64,000 nt of DNA from Sedimentisphaerales bacterium. GTDB taxonomy: Bacteria > Planctomycetota > Phycisphaerae > Sedimentisphaerales > Anaerobacaceae. Positions 11,223-21,308 of the stretch are shown here, in pieces; positions within the stretch are counted from its first letter, which is position 1, and the number at the start of each line of letters is the position of its first letter. The stretch covers positions 6,624,001-6,688,000 of the forward strand of contig OY970194.1 of assembly GCA_963708075.1 (NCBI GenBank). Reading direction: 5' to 3'. The notes under the pieces are model-generated. The model was not told the DNA's origin. It made no database searches and worked only from the letters and a program-made list of their open reading frames with translations. A program made the translations under genes and the position numbers.

Positions 11223-12331
11223 TCAGACCTTCAGAAACGCGCGATGGCGATACAGGAAATGCAGGAATAGCCATCGGATCATCAAGGCACCGAAGGGTAA
11301 GAGCAGCGGCGCAATCAGTCCTGCATGTTTAGCGACGCCGCCGAGGAAGAATTCCGCTATCCCTTCGAAGTCCACAAATCGCTGCAGGAAGTAGATCGTG
11401 ATGGCGTTCATCCCGATGACAACGAAGAAGAACGACCACCGACGGTACCCTTGTACGTCGATAATCCAGTAGAACAGGGCCAGCAACAAAAGGCTCAAGC
11501 CACCGGCGAACAATACGTAGGAGCTGGTCCAGAGAATCTTGATGATAGGGAAGAACTGCCCCCAGATCAGTCCGGCGGTCAGGGCCACGATGCCCGCCAG
11601 AGCCAGTCCCGCCGCCTTGCGCGATCCGGAGCGATCGGACCGAAGCCAATGTCCGGCCAGCGCACCAGCAGGGCGGTGCAGATCGCGGGCAAAGTCGAGA
11701 TCGCGCCCTCGTTGTCGCCGAACTTGTAGTACAGCACGCCCGGGATCAACTGCTGATCGACATAGGAGGACAGGCAGCCCTTCATCGTAAGATCGCCGGC
11801 GGCGCAACCAGGAGCCGGGACCAGCATGGTGACTCCCCAGTACAGCAGCAGGATGGTCGACGCGACGATGGCCTGGGTCCGCCATTTCGTGTGGATCACC
11901 AGCAGGGCGGCGAAGAAGTAACACAGGCCAATCCGCTGGAGCACGCCGGGCCACCGCATGTGGGACCAGTCGAAACGCAGCAGGCCGTTGGCGATCAAGC
12001 CGAGGAGAATCAGTACGGCCGTTCTCTTGATGACATGCAGGTGGATTCGGGCAAAGCTCTGCCCCCGCTGTACGCGTCCGGCCAGTGAGAAGGGCAGCAC
12101 CACCCCGACGAGGAAGATGAACAGCGGGAATATAAGGTCCTCGAAACGAAAACCTTCCCACTCGACGTGTTCCAGTTGCTGGTCGATGGTCCGTGTGATC
12201 GGATGGTCCCACACGTGGACAAGGCTCTGGAGAAGAGTCCCGCCGCCGATGATCCAGAACATGTCGAAGCCGCGCAGTGCATCGATGGAAAGCACGCGAT
12301 TGCTTCCCGACCCCTTCTGTTCATTATCCAC
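11223..12331 (-). CDS. Heparan-alpha-glucosaminide N-acetyltransferase-like (DUF5009/NagX-type) membrane acyltransferase; frameshift at ~11665
   Basis: RVLSIDALRGFDMFWI, HVEWEG, GVLQRIG and PIIKILWTSSY motifs split across two frames; one missing G restores LLGALAGHWLR. Confidence 0.85.
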
Positions 12332-12355
12332 AGGTCGTCCCCTTTGCTTTGCACG

Positions 12356-13630
12356 TTACTCAGGCAGAATGATGTCCGATGGCAGTTGTCCCACGGCCAG
12401 CCGGGAGAACCTCTCGCCGTATTGGGTGAAGCCGGGCACAAAGCCGCCGTGGGAGAGGAAGAACTGCCCGTTCTCCACGCCCATGAAGCGGTCGAGCCGG
12501 TCGGCTTTGCCTGTCCCGTCGTGGCTGAAGCTCGCCGTGATCAGCTCGGTCCACCGGTCGTCGACCGTGCGAATCCACTGGTTGCCGTAAAGGGCCTTGC
12601 GAAGCACATGGCCGTTGGCGCCCCCGAAGTTCTCGCTGAAGCTGTACAGGCCTCGCAGATAGCCGCCTTCCTTCGGGGCGTTCCAACTGGAGATGAGGAA
12701 CCACTGCTTCTTGTCCGGATGGAAGTAATAGCCGGAGTAGATCGTGTGCGTGGCGTCGGTGGGCTTGGCTGTGACGATGAATCGCTGCTTCTCGCCGGTC
12801 TTCCACGGGTACACCATGTGACTGTGCCCGCCCGTGCCCTCATTGCCGAAGTCGCCGGCATACACGCCCTCGCCCTTGGCGACGAGTTTCACGCGATTTT
12901 CATCGGCGACCTTTCCGCGATCGACGGCCTCGCCGCCGCTGTCCCAGACGCTGAAGATGATTCTGCGCTCGGTCGGGCTGTTGACCTGCATGCCGAAATA
13001 GCCGCGATGCCAGCCGCAGGCCATGTAATACGTCCAGACCGGGTCTTCCAGGCCGGTCATTTCGCAATAGAACGCATCGACCTTCTTGTCCTTGTCCACA
13101 GGATAGGCAAGGTGTACCGAAGCGGCATTGCGGCGGGATTTCAGGTTGAAATGCGCATCCTGCGTCGCCGGACCATCGAGGATCAGCGTGTCGAGATCGC
13201 CGAAGGGCCGGCCTTGTGGGTTGAGCGACTCAAGCGTGAAACGCTGGTACCCGGCCTGGGCGATATCGAACGAACCGAAATCGGCGGTGACAAGCTCAGA
13301 GCCGCCGCCATTGACCGATGCCTCCTGTGACTGGCCCGCGACGGTCAGACGCAGCTTTGATGTCGCGTCCTGGGGGAGCCTTAAGACCACGGAACACTTG
13401 AGCTCGCCGGGGGTCCTGATCTGGCCGAACCAGAGTACCTTCAGTGCCGGATCATCCCAGCGGGTAATCCCTGAGCGTGCGGAGACTCGTGCGTCATCCA
13501 CATTCGGATCGACGTAGGCGGTAAAAGCCGGGATGCGCAGTTCAGCCGCTGCCGCAGCAGCCGTGACGAGGACGAGAACTGCAACCATCTGCAACAACGA
13601 TAGAGAGTGACTTTGCGGTTTTCTGTTCAT
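12356..13630 (-). CDS. Exported DUF3472/DUF5077 domain protein
   Basis: Signal peptide; GYFGMQVNSPTERRIIFSVWD, FGNEGTGGHS and YSFSENF motifs. Confidence 0.8.
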   Translation of the reverse strand: MNRKPQSHSLSLLQMVAVLVLVTAAAAAAELRIPAFTAYVDPNVDDARVSARSGITRWDDPALKVLWFGQIRTPGELKCSVVLRLPQDATSKLRLTVAGQSQEASVNGGGSELVTADFGSFDIAQAGYQRFTLESLNPQGRPFGDLDTLILDGPATQDAHFNLKSRRNAASVHLAYPVDKDKKVDAFYCEMTGLEDPVWTYYMACGWHRGYFGMQVNSPTERRIIFSVWDSGGEAVDRGKVADENRVKLVAKGEGVYAGDFGNEGTGGHSHMVYPWKTGEKQRFIVTAKPTDATHTIYSGYYFHPDKKQWFLISSWNAPKEGGYLRGLYSFSENFGGANGHVLRKALYGNQWIRTVDDRWTELITASFSHDGTGKADRLDRFMGVENGQFFLSHGGFVPGFTQYGERFSRLAVGQLPSDIILPE

Positions 13631-13636
13631 GGCACT

Positions 13637-13665
13637 ATACTATCCGCTGACCGCCGACGCATCAA
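13637..13665 (-). promoter_or_regulatory. Candidate sigma70 promoter for a leaderless transcript
   Basis: Minus strand reads TTGATG-17 bp-TAGTAT-6 nt-ATG(13630), with no Shine-Dalgarno. Confidence 0.4.
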
Positions 13666-13712
13666 GCGGACGTGTCATATGGAGAACAGTGTCGCCGTAT
13701 GAAGAAGGGGCA

Positions 13713-15668
13713 ATGATGAAGGACTTCTCTCTGTTTCTCTGCACAATCATCTTGAGTCTCACGACCGGGGTCGGGGCGGAGAACGACCTGTGGCGGGACC
13801 CGCAGCCGATCTCGCGGAGCCTCCCGGCCATTACCGCTGACCATCCAGGTAATGTCTTCGCTGCCGGTGAGCCCATGACGATCAAAGTCCCTCGGGACCT
13901 TCCAGAGCAAGCAGTCCGCTGGCAGGCGGTTGACGACAGCGGGGCGGCTATCGCACGGGGCGAAGTTGTTCGCGGTGAGGCGGCCGTGGTGAATCCTGGC
14001 AGCCTGGGCATCGGCTGGTACCGGCTTGATTTCCTCGACGCATCCGGCAAGGTCCTTGCGCGGACCACGGCCGGGGTCCTCTCGCCTCTATCTGTCCCGA
14101 CGCCGCAGGACTCGCCTGTCTGCATCGATTCGGCGACCTCCTGGTTTGCGCCGAGTGACGCGCCCAGGCAGGAGCGTTTCGCGTACCTGGCTGCGCTGGC
14201 AGGGGTGAACTGGATACGCGACCGCATGAGCTGGGGCGAGCTTGAGACCAGCCCGGGTGTTTTTGCGCAGAGCACAACTTACGACAGTGCCGCAACTCTC
14301 CAGGCCAAATACGGCCTGAAGGTCCTTCAGGTCTTTCATCTTACCGCCGAATGGGCGACGGATCGCCAACTCGACGGCGAGCGTCCCTCGGGCCGTTTCC
14401 CCAGGGACCTACGGCAGTTCTACAACTTCCTCAAGGTGATGGCGCAGCGATACGAGGGCCGTGTCCTCGCGTGGGAACCGTGGAACGAGGCGAACATCCC
14501 CATGTTCGGCGGGCATACCATCGATGAGATGTGCACTCTTCAGAAGGCGGCGTACCTGGCGTTCAAGGCCGCCAAGCCGGACTTGACGGTCTGCTGGAAC
14601 GTCTATGCGGAGTCGGGGACACCGCTCCACGTTCAGGGCGTTCTCGACAACGAGGCTTGGCCCTACTTCGAGACCTACAACATCCACACATACACCAAGC
14701 CCGACGATTACCTGAACGCATTCGCCCCGGCTCGCCAGGCCGCTTGCGGCCGGCCCATCTGGCTGACCGAGTGCGGGATCGGCCTGCCTTGGCAGACCGA
14801 GCGGCCCTGGAGCGAGCTATCGCCCGAGGACGAGCGGCGACAGGCCCAGTTCATCGCCACATCCTACGCCAGCAGTCTCTTTGCCGGTGTCAACCGCCAT
14901 TTCTTCTTCATCCTGGGCAACTTTGCGGAGAACAAAATCCAATTCGGCATCCTGCGCCACGACCAGACGCCGCGTCCGGGGTACGTAGCCCTGGCGGCAG
15001 TAGGACGCTTGCTTGCCGGCGCCAGACCTCTCGGACGACTCATCCTCGAGCAAAGTTCCGATGCACGGATCTATGCCTTTCGAGCTACCCCTGACGGCGT
15101 AGAGCGTGACGTCCTTGTGGCCTGGGCCAACAAGCCGACGGAAGTCTCCTGGCCTGCAGGGCTGTCACCCCAAGCCATGTACGATTATCTCGGCCGGCCC
15201 GTCACGACATCCTTGCCCGCCAGCCTGACTCCCTCGGCCTTCTTCGTCGTGCTGCCGGCGGGCGATGCCACAAAGCTCACGCTGCAACCGCCTGCATCGG
15301 TCTCCGGCCCGCGTTCCGGTGGCGTTTGTCCTGTCGTTCTCCAGCTTCAAATGCCGCAATCGGCAACCCATCTCGATCAGCAGGCCCACGTGATCCCGCC
15401 TGCGACGCAGACAGAGCTCAGACTATTCGCCTACAACTTCAGCGGCGAAAAGATCGCGGGGACCATCACCGCGCAGCAGATACCCGCCAACTGGCAAGTT
15501 ACTCCCGCAAGTTGGACCGTGACCCTCGACCCGATGGAACGCAAGGCCTTGCCTGCTCAGGTTGCCATCCCGCCTGGCGGCAGCGCCGACGGGATCAAAC
15601 TGCAGGGCGATTTTGGCTTGGCGGGCCGGTCAGTCCTTGCATTCCGCCTCATGGTCAAAGAGAATTGA
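13713..15668 (+). CDS. Exported clan GH-A glycoside hydrolase (GH39-like)
   Basis: Signal peptide; WEPWNEAN and PIWLTECG catalytic motifs. Confidence 0.8.
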   Translation: MMKDFSLFLCTIILSLTTGVGAENDLWRDPQPISRSLPAITADHPGNVFAAGEPMTIKVPRDLPEQAVRWQAVDDSGAAIARGEVVRGEAAVVNPGSLGIGWYRLDFLDASGKVLARTTAGVLSPLSVPTPQDSPVCIDSATSWFAPSDAPRQERFAYLAALAGVNWIRDRMSWGELETSPGVFAQSTTYDSAATLQAKYGLKVLQVFHLTAEWATDRQLDGERPSGRFPRDLRQFYNFLKVMAQRYEGRVLAWEPWNEANIPMFGGHTIDEMCTLQKAAYLAFKAAKPDLTVCWNVYAESGTPLHVQGVLDNEAWPYFETYNIHTYTKPDDYLNAFAPARQAACGRPIWLTECGIGLPWQTERPWSELSPEDERRQAQFIATSYASSLFAGVNRHFFFILGNFAENKIQFGILRHDQTPRPGYVALAAVGRLLAGARPLGRLILEQSSDARIYAFRATPDGVERDVLVAWANKPTEVSWPAGLSPQAMYDYLGRPVTTSLPASLTPSAFFVVLPAGDATKLTLQPPASVSGPRSGGVCPVVLQLQMPQSATHLDQQAHVIPPATQTELRLFAYNFSGEKIAGTITAQQIPANWQVTPASWTVTLDPMERKALPAQVAIPPGGSADGIKLQGDFGLAGRSVLAFRLMVKEN

Positions 15669-15733
15669 CTCATCGAATTCGCACTGTTTGTCACGGCGTA
15701 GAATATGAACAGGAAATTGGGGAAGAGGCTTGT

Positions 15734-17404
15734 ATGAAGACGAATCGCTCGGCAGTATTCCATCAGATTACGATTTGGACGGCCTTGTTCGTGTGGTGTG
15801 TCTGCTCAGTGCAGGCGACAGGGCAGGAGTTCCGGCGGTTGCCGGTCAAGGAGTACCGCGACAAGATGAAAGCCGGCTGGATCGGCCAGATCTTCGGCGT
15901 CTCCTGGGGTGCGCCGACCGAGGGCCGATATCAGAAGATCATGCCCCTGGAGAACATGCCGCCGTTCAGCGAGGACCTCATCAACGACGCCTTCGGGCAG
16001 GACGATCTCTACGTGGAAATGACCTTCCTGCGGACTATGGAGGAGTACGGATATGATGTCCCTATTCGCCAGGCGGGCATCGATTTCGCCAACAGCGGCT
16101 ATTCGCTCTGGGTTGCCAACGCGGCGGGACGGGGCAACCTGCGCAACGGGATCGCACCGCCTGACTCCAGCCATCCGAAATTTCACGACTGTGCCGGCGC
16201 GATCGACTACCAGATCGAAGCGGATTACTCGGGCCTGATTGCGCCGGGCATGCCGGATGTCGTCATCGCACTGGGTGAGAAGTTCGGCCGGCTGATGAAC
16301 TACGGCGACGGTGTGTACGCCGGCCAGTTCATGGGCGTGATGTACGCCGAGGCATTCTTCGAAAAGGACGTGATGAAGCTCATTGAAGCGGGCCTGAAAG
16401 CCATTCCCCCCGAATCCCTCTACGCCGGCATGGTCCGTGACATGCTCCAGTGGCACAAGGAGAATCCGACCAATTGGGAAAAGACGTGGGAACTGGCGGA
16501 GAAGAAGTACAACCAGGACAAGAACTACAATATCAGTGCCCTCGACGTGAAGCGCGAGGGCGCCTGGGTCCTGATGGGCCTGCTCTACGGCAATGGCGAT
16601 CTCGATCAAACGATCATCATCTCGTGCCGGTGCGGATTCGACAGCGACTGCAATCCATCCTCCAGCGGCGGCATCCTGTTCACCACGCGCGGCGTCTCGA
16701 ACCTGCCCGACAAGTACTATCGCAAGCTCGACGAGACGAAGATCTTCAGCCACACGGCCTACAACTTCCCTAGGCTTCTGGACGTCTGCGAGAGACTGGC
16801 CCGCCAAGGCCTTGCACGAGTCGGCGGGCGAGTCGAGAAGGACGCCAATGGTGAAGAGGTCTTCATCATCCCGGTCAAGACGCCAACGCCGAGCAAATTC
16901 GAGGACCTGAAGAACCCGGGCCCGATCGCCGGCAGCGTCTTCAGTGATGCAGAGATGGCCAGGATTCAGAGCCCCGGCCTGAAATGGGCGTCCAAGTACC
17001 TGGACGGCTGGACGCTGACGAACTGTGATCCCGGCCAAAGCTTCATGCTCCGGGAATCTCAGGGCCGCAAGAACGTATTTGTGCTCAGAGGTCTCAGCAA
17101 GGACGCCAAAGGCTACGTGCTCGCCAAGACGGTGACCCCGCCTGCCGGCAGTGCAGGGACACTGGAATTCTCCGCGGCCCGCGACGCGAAGCCGAGTGGC
17201 TGGAAGATCAGCGTGAAGGCCGACGGCAAAGACATCGGCGGAGCAACGGTGAAAGAGGGATGGGCACAAGTCACATCCTCGTTGCCGGACAATGCAGGGA
17301 AACCCCTGGCGGTGGAGATCACGATGGAGCCTGTGAAACCGCTTGGTGAAAAGCCGGGCCCACTGCCTCTGAGCATCACCGTCCCAACGCTTGTGAGTCG
17401 CTGA
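15734..17404 (+). CDS. Exported ADP-ribosylglycohydrolase-family protein with a C-terminal beta domain
   Basis: WGAPTE, QDDLYVEMTF and GFDSDCNPSS metal-binding motifs; signal peptide. Confidence 0.8.
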   Translation: MKTNRSAVFHQITIWTALFVWCVCSVQATGQEFRRLPVKEYRDKMKAGWIGQIFGVSWGAPTEGRYQKIMPLENMPPFSEDLINDAFGQDDLYVEMTFLRTMEEYGYDVPIRQAGIDFANSGYSLWVANAAGRGNLRNGIAPPDSSHPKFHDCAGAIDYQIEADYSGLIAPGMPDVVIALGEKFGRLMNYGDGVYAGQFMGVMYAEAFFEKDVMKLIEAGLKAIPPESLYAGMVRDMLQWHKENPTNWEKTWELAEKKYNQDKNYNISALDVKREGAWVLMGLLYGNGDLDQTIIISCRCGFDSDCNPSSSGGILFTTRGVSNLPDKYYRKLDETKIFSHTAYNFPRLLDVCERLARQGLARVGGRVEKDANGEEVFIIPVKTPTPSKFEDLKNPGPIAGSVFSDAEMARIQSPGLKWASKYLDGWTLTNCDPGQSFMLRESQGRKNVFVLRGLSKDAKGYVLAKTVTPPAGSAGTLEFSAARDAKPSGWKISVKADGKDIGGATVKEGWAQVTSSLPDNAGKPLAVEITMEPVKPLGEKPGPLPLSITVPTLVSR

Positions 17405-17417
17405 GATACGCCGGCGG

Positions 17418-18782
17418 TCACCAGCCGGGGTCTGGTCGAAGCTGGGCCTTGAGTCCTTTGGGGCCGACAATGTAGATCGGGCTTTCGCCCAGGGGCACGC
17501 TCAGGTTCTTCGTTCGTACCGGATCATGTGGCACGAAGCGACGCGTCCCGAAGATGTCGTAGAACGTCAGTCCTTGCGGGTTGTTGACGCGAATATATGC
17601 ATAGGGCTTCGTGCTCCAGGCGACCATCAGGTCCCGCTCCGAACCATCCTCACTGAAAACCGCGGCATACACGTCGGGGCCAAAGCAATCGTTGCGCTGC
17701 GGGCGTTTGCCTTCGAGCATGCGCGTCATCCACGCGCAGGCATAATAGGAGTACTTCGGCGTCAGGTCATCGCGCACCAGGCCCACCATGTCGGCCTGGT
17801 CGAATTGCCTGTCGCCGCCGTCCTTGAGCGTCCACCAGAACACCTTGTCGACTCTGCCCGACGCCAGGGCCAGCACGTGAAAACGCACGAGCATGTCCGC
17901 CTGCCGCAGCTCGGATGTCCCGTAGGGGTGTATGTGCGAATTCCAGCAAATCTCTGTGATCCAAAGGGGCTTGGGCTCGCCGAACCGGCGCATCACTTTG
18001 ACAAGCTCCTCCGTCTGCTCCAGGAAGCTCATGCGAATGAGGGGATAATCCGCGGTCAGGTCGTGCTTGTGCCAGCTCTTGACGTACTGATCCAGCTCCC
18101 ACCAGTCGAATCGCTCCTCCGGGGCTGAGGGCGGCCTGTAGGGGTGAAAACAGGCGATGTCGAAAGAATCATACGGCACGGCCTTCAATATCTTCTCAGC
18201 CCAGAGCACGTCACAGAACGCCATGTTCAGGCCGAGCACCTTGGCATTGGGATTAGCCGCATGAATCGCGGCACCCGCGGCGGCTAATAGACGTGCATAT
18301 TGTTCCGGCGTCCCCTTCCAGAAACCGCCATTGGGCTCGTTCCAGATCTGCCAGTCATCGATCTTGCCTGCGTACCGTTTCACCGCGGCACGGGCGAAGG
18401 CGCAGTAAGCCTCGACACCTTCCGGAGTAAGAGGGTCGTGGAATGGAGGGCTGTACGCAAGATTGCCGAATAGGAGCAGCCCGTGCGCCCGGCACATCTC
18501 CACCAGTTCATCATGAGCTTTCCAGTCGTATAGTCCCGGCTCGCGCTCGATCTGCCTCCAAGTGAAATCCTGCCTACCCCATTTGATGCCCGCGTCCTGC
18601 ATCAGCTTGAGCCGTGCCTCGATGTCGGCCGCGCCAGGCCGAAACGCCGTGTTGATGCCGAAAGGCGATGCGGGACACAATTGGTCGGCGAATCGATGCG
18701 GCGGCAAATCCACGCGAAAGCTCCCGGCGACCGCTGGCGCCTGTAGCAGCATTACGGCGACGAGTGCGATTCTTTTGAACAC
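17418..18782 (-). CDS. Exported clan GH-A glycoside hydrolase (GH39-like)
   Basis: GGAGG RBS and GTG start, signal peptide, WQIWNEPN and PLWITEI motifs. Confidence 0.8.
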   Translation of the reverse strand: MFKRIALVAVMLLQAPAVAGSFRVDLPPHRFADQLCPASPFGINTAFRPGAADIEARLKLMQDAGIKWGRQDFTWRQIEREPGLYDWKAHDELVEMCRAHGLLLFGNLAYSPPFHDPLTPEGVEAYCAFARAAVKRYAGKIDDWQIWNEPNGGFWKGTPEQYARLLAAAGAAIHAANPNAKVLGLNMAFCDVLWAEKILKAVPYDSFDIACFHPYRPPSAPEERFDWWELDQYVKSWHKHDLTADYPLIRMSFLEQTEELVKVMRRFGEPKPLWITEICWNSHIHPYGTSELRQADMLVRFHVLALASGRVDKVFWWTLKDGGDRQFDQADMVGLVRDDLTPKYSYYACAWMTRMLEGKRPQRNDCFGPDVYAAVFSEDGSERDLMVAWSTKPYAYIRVNNPQGLTFYDIFGTRRFVPHDPVRTKNLSVPLGESPIYIVGPKGLKAQLRPDPGW

Positions 18783-18811
18783 GGCGGCACCTCCATAGAA
18801 ACGGGAACAAA

Positions 18812-19912
18812 TCAACCAGCCTGCGAAAGCCGCAGGGATTTGCGAAGCTGGGCGGCACGGTCGAAGATCTCTGCTCTCGTGACGCCCGCCTCGTCGTACA
18901 TGGCAAAGATGTTCTCGTCCGGCGTCTCCGGGGGTACGGTGTGCGAGGCGGCGAAGATGTAGCCGCCGCCGTCGCGGGTCATTCCTTCGAGCAGCTCGGC
19001 GGTGGCCCTGCGCACCTGGTCGGCTGTACCGTTGGGCAGAACGCCCTGGGTATCGACGCCGCCCATGAAGGCGAGGTCCGTGCCGAATTCCTTCTTCAAC
19101 TCCAGCGGACGCATGCCGGGACAATTGCACTGGATGGGGTTCAGCACATCCACGCCGATCTCGATCAAATCCGGAATAATAGGCCGGATCGCGCCGCAGG
19201 AGTGGAACGCCGCGCATAGGCCGCGTCGCTTGGCGACATCGGCATTCTGCTTCAGAAGCGGCTTGACCATTGCCCGCCACATGTCCGGGCTCATCAGCAT
19301 GGATCGCTGACCGCCGGCGTCGTCGCCCAGCCAGAGCCAGTCGAGATCGAACCGCCGGCACGCGGCTTCAGACAGGGCAATCGAGAACTCAGTGCACCGC
19401 CGCATCATTTCCTCCGCCAGGTCCGGCTGAAGCGCAAGCTCCGTCAGCGTCTTTTCCATCCCCTGCAGACGCCAATACATCTCGAAGACACAGGGCGAGA
19501 CATCGCAGCCCACGAAGTAGTCGCGTCTGAACTCCATCACCGGCTTCATCAGGTCCACGAGCGAATCGACGCGATCGATGGGAAACTTGTATTGCAGCAT
19601 CTGCTCTTGCCCGGCGTTGACCAGAGGGTACCTGGAGATTTGGTTGAAGCCGTCGATCCGCGTCCACTCGATCCCCCATTCATCGATGTGCGATTGGCCG
19701 TCGCGGTCGTGCACGATCCCCTCCATCGCGTAGTTGTTGCTCACCCAGGTCTGGCGGATGTCATCGCCCATGACGGCGGCGACATACTGCGGCGGGATCT
19801 CCAGTAATCTGCCCAGCCGGTCCCGGGTCTGCGGGTGGTACCACATGAAGATCGGCACACGATCCACGGGCTTTCGCTGCAAGGCGGCATGTACGCGCTC
19901 TTTCGACGTCAT
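18812..19912 (-). CDS. Uroporphyrinogen decarboxylase (URO-D/MtaA-like) family protein
   Basis: MTSKERV...DRVP, DEWG, GDD, FHSCG, LNPIQ, GGVDTQ and GGYIFAASH motifs. Confidence 0.85.
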   Translation of the reverse strand: MTSKERVHAALQRKPVDRVPIFMWYHPQTRDRLGRLLEIPPQYVAAVMGDDIRQTWVSNNYAMEGIVHDRDGQSHIDEWGIEWTRIDGFNQISRYPLVNAGQEQMLQYKFPIDRVDSLVDLMKPVMEFRRDYFVGCDVSPCVFEMYWRLQGMEKTLTELALQPDLAEEMMRRCTEFSIALSEAACRRFDLDWLWLGDDAGGQRSMLMSPDMWRAMVKPLLKQNADVAKRRGLCAAFHSCGAIRPIIPDLIEIGVDVLNPIQCNCPGMRPLELKKEFGTDLAFMGGVDTQGVLPNGTADQVRRATAELLEGMTRDGGGYIFAASHTVPPETPDENIFAMYDEAGVTRAEIFDRAAQLRKSLRLSQAG

Positions 19913-20052
19913 TTCTGCACCAACTCGATGTCGTTACCCGTCCGGGGGCAGACTCTCGCAGCGTCTCTCTTCATGGCATATCCTTTCAGATAGTCGGATT
20001 TGACAGTACAGGGTAACATATTGGGAATGGTACTCAAGAGGAGAATTCAACT

Positions 20053-21030
20053 ATGGTTACGAACCGTCGCGACTTTCTGAAGAGAGCGTCGCAAGCTGCT
20101 ATTGTGGCCGGCTCAGCATTGCCACTGCGTTCTATCGGCAAAGAGTTACCGGCGTCCATTCCCATCGTTGACACGCACCAGCACTTGTGGGACCTGACCA
20201 AGTTCAAGCTGCCGTGGCTCAAACCGCCGCTGGACAGGAGTTTCACCACAAAGGATTACCTCGAAGCGACCCGGGACCTTCACATCGTGAAGGCGGTCTA
20301 TATGGAGGTGGCGATGCCTGCCGAGCAGCGGGTGCAGGAGGCGGAGTACATCATCGAGCTTTGCAGGGATCCGAACGGTCCGACGTGCGCTGCTGTGATC
20401 GCCGGCTCGCCCGCCGAGGATGGCTTCGAGTTGTACATCAGGCGATTCAAGGACAATGCCTGCATCAAGGGTGTGAGGGCCTCTTTCTCGTCTGCCAAAC
20501 AAATGAGCGATGGGCAGGTAGTCAAGAATCTGCGGCTGTTGGGCGAGCTTGGCATGCGCTTCGATCTGAACGTTCCGCCGCAGTCCCTTGCTGACGCGGT
20601 GCAACTGGTGGACCAGTGTCCGGGCACGCGGTTTGTTCTCGATCACTGTGGGAATGTCGATCCGGTCGCCTTTTTTCCTCGCGACCGCGCTGCGCCGAGA
20701 GCGGGTCAACACTCCCCCGACGAATGGAAGCAGGGCATGGACAAGCTGGCGGCAAAGCCCAATGTCATCTGCAAAATCTCGGGGCTCGTGGACAATGTCC
20801 CCGGCTATCCTTTGACAGCGGATGATCTGGCTCCGATGATCAACCATTGTCTCGACACTTTTGGGCCGGACCGTGTGGTCTTCGGGAGCGACTGGCCGGT
20901 ATGCCTTCGCGGGACGTCCCTGCGCAACTGGGTCGAGCTCCTGAGGGAAGTGATCGCAAGCCGATCTGAGAGGGACCGACGCAAGCTCTTCCACGATAAC
21001 GCAGTCAGATTCTACAATCTGCCCTTGTAG
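20053..21030 (+). CDS. Tat-exported amidohydrolase 2 family protein (L-fuconolactonase-like)
   Basis: NRRDFLK Tat motif; DTHQHLW, DHCG, CKISG and FGSDWP motifs. Confidence 0.85.
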   Translation: MVTNRRDFLKRASQAAIVAGSALPLRSIGKELPASIPIVDTHQHLWDLTKFKLPWLKPPLDRSFTTKDYLEATRDLHIVKAVYMEVAMPAEQRVQEAEYIIELCRDPNGPTCAAVIAGSPAEDGFELYIRRFKDNACIKGVRASFSSAKQMSDGQVVKNLRLLGELGMRFDLNVPPQSLADAVQLVDQCPGTRFVLDHCGNVDPVAFFPRDRAAPRAGQHSPDEWKQGMDKLAAKPNVICKISGLVDNVPGYPLTADDLAPMINHCLDTFGPDRVVFGSDWPVCLRGTSLRNWVELLREVIASRSERDRRKLFHDNAVRFYNLPL

Positions 21031-21065
21031 TCGCAGTACGCCGACTATCTCAAAACTGTGGGTTG

Positions 21066-21146
21066 CGGGTGCCATGTCCGCGCTCGCGTGGACATGCTCC
21101 ATCGACAGAGCAAGGCATGCTTACGCAAGCGTAAGCATGGCACCCG
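21066..21146. repeat. REP-like doublet palindrome (family A)
   Basis: CGGGTGCCATG...CATGGCACCCG outer inverted repeat with two inner hairpins; an inverted near-copy lies at 59568-59646. Confidence 0.85.
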
Positions 21147-21192
21147 ACCCAATGACCGAAAGCCGCCCCCCCAAATTGGGATGGCCGCAGTG

Positions 21193-21256
21193 GTAGGGTG
21201 GGGCTGGCTCCACCGATTCCTCTGTGCCGCTTGTAGTGGGGCAAGTCCCACCCTGC
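21193..21256. repeat. GTAG-type REP doublet
   Basis: GTAGGGTGGGGCTGGCTCCAC...GTGGGGCAAGTCCCACCCTGC; arms are inverted with 17/21 matches. Confidence 0.7.
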
Positions 21257-21273
21257 TGACTCTACGTCTCTGT

Positions 21274-21302
21274 TTGCAGTCGCGAAGCCGGGACGTTACA
21301 AT
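21274..21302 (+). promoter_or_regulatory. Candidate sigma70 promoter for a leaderless transcript
   Basis: TTGCAG-17 bp-TACAAT, 6 nt before ATG 21309, no Shine-Dalgarno. Confidence 0.5.
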
Positions 21303-21308
21303 TGCGGC

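Noticed and set aside
15326..15733. Long N-terminal extensions in the ORF track (also 18783-19361, 45532-45816, 51846-52013, 55550-55744)
   Set aside because: Most overlap neighbouring genes; downstream starts generally have an RBS, signal peptide or family-typical N-terminus
18812..19912. hemE assignment
   Set aside because: Lacks the RQAGR HemE motif and has the HxC motif of the MtaA-like branch
20000..20035. TTGACA promoter for the amidohydrolase
   Set aside because: No acceptable -10 box at 16-18 bp spacing
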